Below are positions 1 through 15,000 of a stretch of DNA of 64,000 nucleotides, one piece after another. This DNA comes from the human T2T-CHM13v2.0 reference genome, Homo sapiens. Below the pieces are notes generated by a model. That model was not told the DNA's origin. It ran no database searches and was given only the letters and a program-made list of their open reading frames with translations. Made by a program: the position numbers and the translations under genes. Position 1 is the stretch's first letter. Each line of letters starts with the position of its first letter. The stretch is from NCBI RefSeq assembly GCF_009914755.1, contig NC_060945.1; one strand, 5' to 3'.

Positions 1-3000
1 AATATATATTAGGTACATAAAATATGAAAGTACATCAAATATAGATTATACACTGTACATAAAATATCAATGTACCCCAAATATATATTTTATACTCTAC
101 ATGAAATATCAAAGTTCACAAACTATATATTATATACTGTACATAAAATATCAAAGTACCCAAGGTATATATTCTATACTGTACAAAAAATATCAAAGTA
201 CCAAAAGCATGTATTATATACTGTACATAAAATATGAAAGTACATCAAATATATATTTTATTCTGTACATAAATATGAAAGTACACCAGATATATATTCT
301 ATAGTGTACATAAAATATCAAAGTACCCAAACTATACATTATATACTGTACATAAAATATGAAATTACATCAAATATGTATTATATTAGGTACATAAAAT
401 ATGAAAGTACATCAAATATAGATTATATACTGTACATTAAATATCAAAGTACGCCAAATATATATTATATACTGTACATGAAATATCAAAATTCACAAAC
501 TATATATTATATACTGTACATAAAATATCAAAGTACCTAAGGTATATATTCTATACTGTACAAAAAATATCAAAGTACCCAAAGCATGTATTATATACTG
601 TATATAAAATATGAAAGTACATCAAATATATATTTTATTCTGTACAGAAAATATCAAGGTACACCAGATATATATTCTATAGTGTACATAAAATAACAAA
701 GTACACAAACTATAAATTATATACTGTACATAAATTATGAAATTACATCAAATATATATTAGGTACATAAAATATGAAAGTACATCAAATATAGATTATA
801 TACTGTACATAAAATATCAATGTACCCCAAATATATATTTTATATTCCACATGAAATATCAAAGTTCACAAACCATATATTATATACTGTACATAAAATA
901 TCAAAGTACCCAAGGTATACATTCTATACTGCACAAAAAATATCAAAACCCAAAACATGTATTATATACTGTATATAAAATATGAAAGTACATCAAATAT
1001 ATATTTTATTCTGTACATAAAATATCAAAGTACACCAGATATATATTCTATAGTGTACATAAAATAACAAAGTACACAAACTATAAATTATATACTGTAC
1101 ATAAAATATGAAATTACATCAAATATATATTATGTACATAAAATATGAAAGTTCATCAAATATAGATTATATACTGTACATATAATATCAATGTACCCCA
1201 AATATATATTTTGTACTCTACATGAAATATCAAAGTTCACAAACCATATATTATATACTGTACATAAAATATCAAAGTACCCAAGGTATATATTCTACAC
1301 TGTACAAAAAATATCAAAGTACCCAAAGCATGTATTATATACTGTACATAAAATATGAAAGTACATCAAATATATATTTTATTCTGTACATAAAATATCA
1401 ATGTACACCAGATATATATTCTATAGTGTACATAAAATATCAAAGTACCCAAACTATACATTATATACTGTACATAAAATATGAAATTACATCAAATATA
1501 TATTATATTAGGTACATAAAATATGAAAGTACATCAAATATAGATTATATACAGTACATTAAATACCAAAGTACCCCAAATATATATTTTATACTGTACA
1601 TGAAATATCGAAGTTCACAAACTATATATTATATACTGTATATAAAATATCAAAGTTCCCAAGGTATATATTCTATACTGTAGAAAAAATATCAAAGTAC
1701 CCAAAGCATGTATTATATACTGTATATAAAATATGAAATTACATCAAATATATATTTTATTCTGTACATAAAATATCAAAGTATACCAGATATATATTCT
1801 ATAGTGTACATAAAATATCAAAGTACCCAAACTATACATTATATACTGTACATAAAATATGAAATTACATCAAATATATATTAGGTACATAAAATATGAA
1901 AGTACATCAAATATAGATTATATACTGTACATGAAATACCAAAGTAACCCAAATATATATTATATACTGTACATGAAATATCAAAGTTCACAAACTATAT
2001 ATTATATACTGTACATAAAATATCAAAGTACCCAAGGTATATATTCTATACTATACAAAAAATATCAAAGTACCCAAAGCATGTATTATATACGGTACAT
2101 AAAATATGAAAGTACATCAAATATATATTTTATTCTGTACATAAAATATCAAAGTACACCAGATATATATTCTATAGTGTACATAAAATAACAAAGTACA
2201 CAAACTATAAATTATATACTGTACATAAAATATGAAATTACATCAAATATATATTAGGTACATAAAATGTGAAAGTACATCAAATATAGATTATATACTG
2301 TACATAAAATATCAATGTACCCCAATTATATATTTTATACTCCACATGAAATATCAAAGTTCACAAACCATATATTATATACTGTACATAAAATATCAAA
2401 GTACCCAAGGTATACATTCTATACTGCACAAAAAATATCAAAGTACCCAAAACATGTATTATATACTGTATATAAAATATGAAAGTACATCAAATATATA
2501 TTTTATTCTGTACATAAAATATCAAAGTACACCAGATATATATTCTATAGTGTACATAAAATATCAAAGTACCCAAACTATACATTATATACTGTACATA
2601 AAATATGAAACTACATCAAATATATATTAGGTACATAAAATATGAAAGTATATCAAATATAGATTATATACTGTACATATAATATCAATGTTCCGCAAAT
2701 ATATATTTTGTACTCTACATGAAATATCAAAGTTCACAAACCATATATTATATACTGTACATAAAATATCAAAGTACCCAAGGTATATATTCTCTACTGT
2801 ACAAAAAATATCAAAGTACCCAAAGCATGTATTATATACTGTACATAAAATATGAAAGTACATCAAATATATATTTTATTCTGTACATAAAATATCAAAG
2901 TACACCAGATATATATTCTATAGTGTACATAAAATATCAAAGTACCCAAACTATACATTATATACTGTACATAAAATATGAAATTACATCAAATATATAT

Positions 3001-6000
3001 TATATTAGGTACATAAAATATGAAAGTACATCAAATATAGATTATATACTGTCCATAAAATATCAAAGTACCCAAGGTATATATTCTATACTGTACATAA
3101 AATATCAAAGTACCCAATCTATACATTATATACTGTACATAAAATATGAAATTACATCAAATATATATTAGGTATATAAAATATGAAAGTACATCAAATA
3201 CAGATTATATACTGTACATAAAATATCAATGTACCCCAAATATATATTTTATACTCTACATGAAATATCAAAGTTCACAAACCTTATATTATATACTGTA
3301 CATAAAATATCAAAGCACCCAAAGCATGTATTATATACTGTACATAAAATATGAAAGTACATCAATTATATATTTTATTCTGTACATAAAATATCAAAGT
3401 ACACCAGGTATATATTCTATAGTGTACATAAAATATCAAAGTACCCAAACTATACATTATATACTGTACATAAAATATGAAGTTACATCAAATATATATT
3501 ATATTAGGTACATAAAATATGAAAGTACATCAAATATAGATTATATACTATACATTAAATACCAAAGTACCCCAAATATATATTTTATACTGTACATGAA
3601 ATATCGAAGTTCACAAACTATATATTATATACTGTACATAAAATATCAAAGTTCCCAAGGTATATATTCTATACTGTACAAAAAATATCAAAGTACCCAA
3701 AGCATGTATTATATACTGTATATAAAATATGAAATTACATCAAATATATATTTTATTCTGTACATAAAATATCAAAGTATACCAGATATATATTCTATAG
3801 TGTACATAAAATATCAAAGTACCCAAACTATACATTATATACTGTACATAAAATATGAAATTACATCAAATATATATTAGGTACATAAAATATGAAAGTA
3901 CATCAAATATAGATTATATACTGTACATGAAATACCAAAGTAACCCAAATATATATTATATACTGTACATGAAATATCAAAGTTCACAAACTATATATTA
4001 TATACTGTACATAAAATATCAAAGTACCCAAGGTATACATTCTATACTGCACAAAAAATATGAAAGTACCCAAAACATGTATTATATACTGTACATAAAA
4101 TATGAAAGTACATCAAATATATATTTTATTCTGTACATAAAATATCAAAGTACACCAGATATATATTCTATAGTGTACATAAAATATCAAATTACCCAAA
4201 CTATACATTATATACTGTACATAAAATATGAAATTACATAAAATATATATTATATTATGTACATGAAATATGAAAGTACATCAAATATAGATTATATACT
4301 GTACATAAAATATCAAAGTACCCAAATATATATTACATACTCTACATGAAATATCAAAGTTCACAAACTATATATTATATACTGTACATAACATATCAAA
4401 GTACCGAAGGTATATATTCTATACTGTACAAAAAATATCAATGTACCCAAAGCATGTATTATATATTGTATATAAAATATGAAAGTACATCAAATATATA
4501 TTTTATTCTGTACATAAAATATCAAAGTATACCAGATATATATTCTATACTGTACATAAAATATCAAAATACCCAAACTATACATTATATACTGTACATA
4601 AAATATGAAATTACATCAAATATATATTAGGTACATAAAATATGAAAGTACATCAAATATAGATTATATACTGTACATTAAATATCAAAGTACCCGAAAT
4701 ATATATTATATACTGTACATGAAATATCAAAGTTCACAAACTATATATTATATACTGTACATAAAATATCAAAGTACCCAAGGTATATATTCTATACTGT
4801 ACAAAAAATATCAAAGTACCCAAAGCATGTATTATATACTGTACATAAAATATGAAAGTACATCAAATATATATTTTATTCTGTACATAAAATATCAAAG
4901 TACACCAGATATATATTCTATAGTGTACATAAAATAACAAAGTACAAAAACTATAAATTATATACTGTACATAAAATATGAAATTACAACAAATATATAT
5001 TAGGTACATAAAATATGAAAGTACATCAAATATAGATTATATACTGTACATATAATATCAATGTACCCCAAATATATATTTTATTCTCTACATGAAATAT
5101 AAAGTATCACAAACCATATATTATATACTGTACATAAAATATCAAAGTACCCAAGGTATATATTCTATACTGTACAAAAAATATCAAAGTACCCAAAGCA
5201 TGTATTATACACTGTACATAAAATATGAAAGTACATCAAATATATATTTTATTCTGTACATAAAATATCAAAGTACACCAGATATATATTCTATAGTGTA
5301 CATAAAATATCAATTTACCCAAACTATACATTATATACTGTACATAAAATATGAAATTATATCAAATATTTATTATATTAGGTACATAAAATATGAAAGT
5401 ACATCAAATATAGATTATATACTGTACATAAAATATCAAAGTACCCCAAATATATATTATATACTCTACATGAAATATCAAAGTTCACAAACTATATATT
5501 ATATACTGTACATAAAATATCAAAGTACCCAAGGTATATATTCTATATTGTACAAAAAATATCAAAGTACCCAAAGCATGTATTATATACTATATATAAA
5601 ATATGAAAGTACATCAAATATATATTTTATTCTGTTCATAACATATCAAAGTACACCAGATATATATTCTATAGTGTACATAAAATATCAAAGTACCCAA
5701 ACTATAAATTATATACTGTACATAAAATATGAAATTACATCAAATATATATTAGGTACATAAAATATGAATGTACATCAAATATAGATTATATACTGTAC
5801 ATAAAATATCAAAGTACCCCAAATATATATTATATACTCTACATGAAATATCAAAGTTCACACACTATATATTATATACTGTACATAAAATATCAAAGTA
5901 CCCAAGGTATATATTCTATACTGTACAAAAAATATCAAAGTACCCAAACCATGTATTATATACTGTACATAAAATATGAAAGTACATCAAATATATATTT

Positions 6001-9000
6001 TATTCTGTACATAAAATATCAAAGTACACCAGATATATATTCTATAGTGTACATAAAATAACAAAGTACACAAACTATACATTATATACTGTACATAAAA
6101 TATGAAATTACATCAAATATATATTAGGTACATAAAATATGAAAGTACATCAAATATAGATTATACACTGTACATAAAATATCAATGTACCCCAAATATA
6201 TATTTTATACTCTACATGAAATATCAAAGTTCACAAACTATATATTATATACTGTACATAAAATATCAAAGTACCCAAGGTATATATACTATACTGTACA
6301 AAAAATATCAAAGTACCCAAAGCATGTATTATATACTGTACCTAAAATATGAAAGTACATCAAATATATATTTTATTCTGTACATAAAATATCAAAGTAC
6401 ACCAGATATATATTCTATAGTGTACATAAAATATCAAAGTACCCAAACTATACATTATATACTGTACATGAAATATGAAATTACATCAAATATATATTAT
6501 ATTAGGAACATAAAATATGAAAGTACATCAAATATAGATTATACACTGTACATAAAATATCAAAGTACCCCAAATATATATTATATACTCTACATGAAAT
6601 ATCAAAGTTCACAAACTATATATTATATACTGTACATAAAATAAAGTCCCCAAGGTATATATTCTATACTGAAGAAAAAATATCAAAGTACCCAAAGCAT
6701 GTATTATATACTGTATATAAAATATGAAAGTACATCAAATATATATTTTATTCTGTACATAATATATCAAAGTACACCAGATATATATTCTATAGTGTAC
6801 ATAAAATAACAAAGTACAAAAACTATAAATTATATACTGTACATAAAATATGAAATTACATCAAATATATATTAGGTACATAAAATATGAAAGTACATCA
6901 AATATAGATTATATACTGCACATAAAATATCAATGTACCCCAAATATATATTTTATACTGTACATGAAATATCAAAGTTCACAAACCATATATTATATAC
7001 TGTACATAAAATATCAAAGTACCCAAGGTATATATTCTATACTATACAAAAAATATCAAAGTACCCAAAGCATGTATTATATACTGTACATAAAATATGA
7101 AAGTACATCAAATATATATTTTATTCTGTACATAAAATATTAAAGTACACCAGATATATATTCTATAGTGTACATAAAATATCAAAGTACCCAAACTTTA
7201 CATTATATACTGTACATATAATAAGAAATTACATCAAATATATATTATATTAGGTACATAAAATATGAAAGTACATCAAATATAGATTATATACCGTACG
7301 TAAAATATCAAAGTACCACAAATATATATTATATACTCTACATGAAATATCAAAGTTCACAAACTATATATTATATACTGTACATAAAATATCAAAGTAC
7401 CCAAAGTATATATTCTATACTGTACAAAAGATATCAAAGTACCCAAAGCATGTATTATATACTGTACATAAAATATGAAAGTACATCAAATATATATTTT
7501 ATTCTGTACATAAAATATCAAAGTACACCAGATATATATTCTATAGTGTACATAAAATATCAAAGTACCCAAACTATACATTATATACTGTACATAAAAT
7601 ATGAAATTACATCAAATATATATTATATTATGTACATAAAATATGAAAGTACATCAAATATAGATTATACACTGTACATAAAATATCAAAGTACCCCAAA
7701 TATATATTATATACTCTACATGAAATATCAAAGTTCACAAACTATATATTATATACTGTACATAAAGTAAAGTCCCCAAGGTATATATTCTATACTGTAG
7801 AAAAAATATCACAGGACCCAAAGCATGTATTATATACTGTATATAAAACATGAAAGTACATCAAATATATATTTTATTCTGTACATAATATATCAAAGTA
7901 CACCAGATATATATTCTATAGTGTACATAAAATAACAAAGTACAAAAACTATAAATTATATACTGTACATAAAATATGAAATTACATCAAATATATATTA
8001 GGTACATAAAATATGTAAGTACATCAAATATAGATTATATACTGTACATAAAATTTCAATGTACCCCAAATATATATTTTATACTCTACATGAAATATCA
8101 AAGTTCACAAACCATGTATTACATACTGTACATAAAATATCAAAGTACCCAAGGTATATATTCTATACTATACAAAAAATATCAAAGTACACAAAGCATG
8201 TATTATATACTGTACCTAAAATATGAAAGTACATCAAATATATATTTTATTCTGTACATAAAATATCAAAGTACACCAGATATATATTCTATAGTGTACA
8301 TAAAATATCAAAGTACCCAAACTATACATTATATACTGTACATAAAATATGAAATTACATCAAATATATTTTATATTAGGTACATAAAATATGAAAGTAC
8401 ATCAAATATAGATTATATACTGTACGTAAAATATCAAAGTACCACAAATATATATTATATACTGTACATAAAATATCAAAGTTCACAAACTATATATTAT
8501 ATACTGTACATATAATATCAAAGTACCCAAGGTATATATTATAGACTGTACAAAAAATAACAAAGTACCAAAAGCATGTATAATATACTGTACATAAAAT
8601 ATGAAAATACATCAAATATATATTTTATTCTGTACATATAATATCAAAGTACACCAGATATATATTCTATAGTGTACATAAAATATCAAAGTACCCAAAC
8701 TATACATTCTATACTGTAAATAAAATATGAAATTACATCAAATATATTTTATATTAGGTACATAAAATATGAAAGTACATCAAATATAGATTATATACTG
8801 TACATTAAATACCAAAGTACCCCAAATATATATTTTATACTGTACATGAAATATCAAAGTTCACAAACTCTATATTATATACTGTACATAAATTATCAAA
8901 GTACCCAAGGTATATATTCTATACTGTACAAAAAATATCAAAGTACCCAAAGCATGTATTATATACTGTACATAAAATATGAAAGTACATCAAATATATA

Positions 9001-12000
9001 TTTTATTCTGTACATAATATATCAAAGTACACCAGATATATATTCTATAGTGTATATAAAATAACAAAGTACACAAACTATACATTATATACTGTACATA
9101 AAATATGAAATTACATCAAATATATATTAGGTACATAAAATATGAAAGTACATCAAATATAGATTATATACTGTACATAAAATATCAATGCACCCCAAAT
9201 ATATATTTTATACTATATATGAAATATCAAAGTTCACAAACCATATATTGTATACTGTACATAAAATATCAAAGTACCCAAGGTATATGTTCTATACTGT
9301 ACAAAAAATATCAAATTACCCAAAGCATGTATTATATACTGTACATAAAATATGAAAGTACATCAAATATATATTTTATTCCGTACATAAGATATCAAAG
9401 TACACCAGATATATATTCTATAGTGTATATAAAATATCAAAGTACACAAACTATACATTATATACTGTACATAAAATATGAAATTACATCAAATATATAT
9501 TATATAAGGTACATAAAATATGAAAGCACATCAAATATAGATTATATACTGTACATTAAATACCAAAGTATCCCAAATATATATTATATACTCTACATGA
9601 AATATCAAAGTTCACAAACTATGTATTATATACTGTACATAAAATATCAAAGTACCCAAGGTATATATTCTGTACTGTACAAAAAATATCAAAGTACCCA
9701 AAGCATGTATTATATACTGTATATAAAATATGAAAGTACATCAAATATATATTTTATTCTGTACATAAAATATCAAAGTACACCAGATATATATTCTATA
9801 GTGTACATAAAATAACAAAGTACAAAAACTATAAATTATATACTGTACATAAAATATGAAATAACATCAAATATATATTAGGTACATAAAATATGAAAGT
9901 ACATCAAATATAGATTATATACTGTACATAAAATATCAATGTATCCCAAATATATATTTTATACTCGACATGAAATATCAAAGTTCACAAACCATATAAT
10001 ATATACTGTACATAAAATATCAAAGTACCCAAGGTATATATTCTATACTGAACAAAATATATCAAAGTACCCAAAGCCTGTATTATATACTGTACATAAA
10101 ATATGAAAGTACATCAAATATATATTTTATTCTGTACATAAAATATCAAAGTACACCAGATATATATTCTATAGTGTACATAAAATATCAAAGTACCCAA
10201 ACTATACATTATATACTGTACATAAAATATGAAATTACATCAAATATATATTATATTAGGTACATAAAATATGAAAGTACATCAAATATAGATTATATAC
10301 TGTACATTAAATACCAAAGTACCCCAAATATATATTTATACTGTACATGAAATATCAAAGTTCACAAACTATATATTATATACTGTACATATAATATCAA
10401 AGTACCCAAGGTATATATTCTATACTGTACAAAAAATATCAAAGTACCCAAAGCATGTATTATATACAGTACATAAAATATGAAAGTACATCAAATATAT
10501 ATTTTATTCTGTACATAAAATATCAAAGTACACCAGATATATATTCTATAGTGTACATAAAATAACAAATTACACAAACTATACATTATATACTGTACAT
10601 AAAATATGAAATTACATCAAATATATATTAGGTACATAAAATATGAAAGTACATCAAATATAGATTATATACTGTACATAAAATATCAAACTACCCCAAA
10701 TATATATTATATACTCTACATGAAATATCAAATTTCACAAACTATATATTATATACTGTACATAAAATATCAAAGTACCCAAGGTATATATTCTATACTG
10801 TAGAAAAAATATCAAAGTACCCAAAGCATGTATTATATACTGTACCTAAAATATGAAAGTACATCAAATATATATTTTATTCTGTACATAAAATATCAAA
10901 GTACACCAGATATATATTCTATAGTGTACATAAAATATCAAAGTACCCAAACTATACATTATATACTGTACATGAAATATGAAATTACATCAAATATATA
11001 TTATATTAGGAACATAAAATATGAAAGTACATCAAATATAGATTATACACTGTACATAAAATATCAAAGTACCCCAAATATATATTATATACTCTACATG
11101 AAATATCAAAGTTCACAAACTATATATTATATACTGTACATAAAATAAAGTCCCCAAGGTATATATTCTATACTGTAGAAAAAATATCAAAGTACCCAAA
11201 GCATGTATTATATACTGTATATAAAATATGAAAGTACATCAAATATATATTTTATTCTGTACATAATATATCAAAGTACACCAGATATATATTCTATAGT
11301 GTATATAAAATAACAAAGTACAAAAACTATAAATTATATACTGTACATAAAATATGAAATTACATCAAATATATATTAGGTACATAAAATATGAAAGTAC
11401 ATCAAATATAGATTATATACTGCACATAAAATATCAATGTACCCCAAATATATATTTTATACTGTACATGAAATATCAAAGTTCACAAACCATATATTAT
11501 ATACTGTACATAAAATATCAAAGTACCCAAGGTATATATTCTATACTATACAAAAAATATCAAAGTACCCAAAGCATCTATTATATACTGTACATAAAAT
11601 ATGAAAGTACATCAAATATATATTTTATTCTGTACATAAAATATTAAAGTACACCAGATATATATTCTATAGTGTACATAAAATATCAAAGTACCCAAAC
11701 TTTACATTATATACTGTACATAAAATAAGAAATTACATCAAATATATATTATATTAGGTACATAAAATATGAAAGTACATCAAATATAGATTATATACTG
11801 TACGTAAAATATCAAAGTACCACAAATATATATTATATACTCTACATGAAATATCAAAGTTCACAAACTATATATTATATACTGTACATAAAATATCAAA
11901 GTACCCAAAGTATATATTCTATACTGTACAAAAGATATCAAAGTACCCAAAGCATGTATTATATACTGTACATAAAATATGAAAGTACATCAAATATATA

Positions 12001-15000
12001 TTTTATTCTGTACATAAAATATCAAAGTACACCAGATATATATTCTATAGTGTACATAAAATATCAAAGTACCCAAACTATTTATTATATACTGTACATA
12101 AAATATGAAATTACATCAAATATATATTATATTAGGTACATAAAATATGAAAGTACATCAAATATAGATTATATGCTGTACATTAAATACCAAAGTACCC
12201 CAAATATATATTTTATACTGTACATGAAATATCAAAGTTCACAAACTATATATTATATACTGTACATAAAATATCAAAGTACCCAAGGTATATATTCTAT
12301 ACTTTACAAAAAATATCAACGTACCCAAAGCATGTATTATATTCTGTACGTAAAATATGAAAGTACATCAAATATATTTTTTAATCTGTACATAAAATAT
12401 CAAAGTACACCAGATATATATTCTATAGTGTACATAAAATATCAAAGTACCCAAACTATACATTATATACTGTACATAAAATATGAAATTACATCAAATC
12501 TATATTAGGTACATAAAATATGAAAGTACATCAAATATAGATTATATACTGTACATAAAATATCAAAGTACCCCAAATATATATTATATACTCTACATGA
12601 AATATCAAAGTTCACAAACTATATATTATATACTGTACATAAAATATCAAAGTACCCAAGGTATATATCCTATACTGCACAAAAAATATCAAAGTACCCA
12701 AAGCATGTATTATATACTGTATACAAAATATGAAAGTACATCAAATATATATTTTATTCTGTACATAAAATATCAAAGTACACCAGATATATATTCTATA
12801 GTGTACTTATAATAACAAAGTACACAAACTATAAATTATATACTGTACATAAAATATGAAATTACATCAAATATATATTAGGTACATAAAATATGAAAGT
12901 ACATCAAATATAGATTATATACTGTACATAAAATATCAATGTACCCCAAATATATATTTTATACACTACATGAAATATCAAAGTTCACAAACCATATATT
13001 ATATACTGTACATAAAATATCAAAGTACCCAAGGTATATATCCTATACTGTACAAAAAATATCAAAGTACCCAAAGCATGTATTATATACTGTACATAAA
13101 ATATGAAACTGCATCAAATATATATTTTATTCTGTACAAAAAATATCAAAGTACACCAGACATATTTTCTATAGTGTACATAAAATATCAAAGTACCCAA
13201 AGCATGTATTATATACTGTACATAAAATATGAAAGTACATCAAATATATATTTTATTCTGTACATAATATATCAAAGTACACCAGATATATATTCTATAG
13301 TATACATAAAATATCAAAAGTACCCAAACTATACATTATATACTGTACATAAAATATGAAATTACATCAAATATATATTATATTAGTTACATAAAATATG
13401 AAAGTACATCAAATATAGATTATATACTGTACATTAAATACCAAAGTACCCCAAATATATATTTTATACTGTACATGAAATATCAAAGTCCACACACTAT
13501 ATATTATATACTGTACATAAAATATCAAAGTACCCAAGGTATATATTCTATACTGTACAAAAAATATCAAAGTACCCAAAGCATGTATTATATACTGTAC
13601 ATAAAATATGAAAGTACATCAAATATATATTTTATTCTGTACATAAAACATCAAAGTACACCAGATATATATTCTATAGTGTACATAAAATATCAAAGTA
13701 CCCAAACTATACATTATATACTGTACATAAAATATGAAATTACATCAAATATATATTATATTAGGTACATAAAATATGAAAGTACATCAAATATAGATTA
13801 TATACTGCACATAAAATATCAAAGTACCCCAAATATATATTATATACTCTACATGAAATATCAAAGTTCACAAACTATATATTATATACTGTACATAAAA
13901 TATCAAAGTACCCAAGGTATATATTCTATACTGTACAAAAAATATCAAAGTATCCAAAGCATGTATTATATACTGTATATAAAATATGAAATTAAATTAA
14001 ATATATATTTTATTCTGTACATAAAATATCAAAGTACACCAGATATATATTCTATAGTGTATATAAAATAACAAAGTACACAAACTATAAATTATATACT
14101 GTACATAAAATATGAAATTACATCAAATATATATTAGGTACATAAAATATGAATGTACATCAAATATAGATTATATACTGTACATATAATATCAATGTAC
14201 CCCAAATATATATTTTATACTCTACATGAAATATCAAAGTTCACAAACCATATATTATATACTGTACATAAAATATCAAAGTACCCAAGGTATATATTCT
14301 ATACTATACAAAAAATATCAAAGTACCCAAAGCATGTATTATATACTGTACCTAAAATATGAAAGTACATCAAATATATATTTTATTCTGTACATAAAAT
14401 ATCAAAGTACACCAGATATATATTCTATAGTGTACATAAAATATCAAAGTACCCAAACTATACATTATATACTGTACATAAAATATGAAATTACATCAAA
14501 TATATATTAGGTACATAAAATATGAAAGTACATCAAATATAGATTATATACTGTACATAAAATATCAAAGTACCCCAAATATATATTATATACTGTACAT
14601 GAAATATCAAAGTTCACAAACTATATATTATATACTGTACATAAAATATCAAAGTACCCAAGGTATATATTCTATACTGTACAAAAAATATCAAAGTACC
14701 CAAAGCATGTATTATATACTGTACATAAAATATGAAAGTACATCAAATATATATTTTATTCTGTACATAATATATCAAAGTACACCAGATATATATTCTA
14801 TAGTGTACATAAAATACAAAGTACACAAACTATAAATTATATACTGTACATAAAATATGAAATTACATCAAATATATATTAGGTACATAAAATATGAAAG
14901 TATATCAAATATAGATTATATACTGTACATATAATATCAATGTAACCCAAATATATATTTTATACTCTACATGAAATATCAAAGTTCACAAACCATAAAT

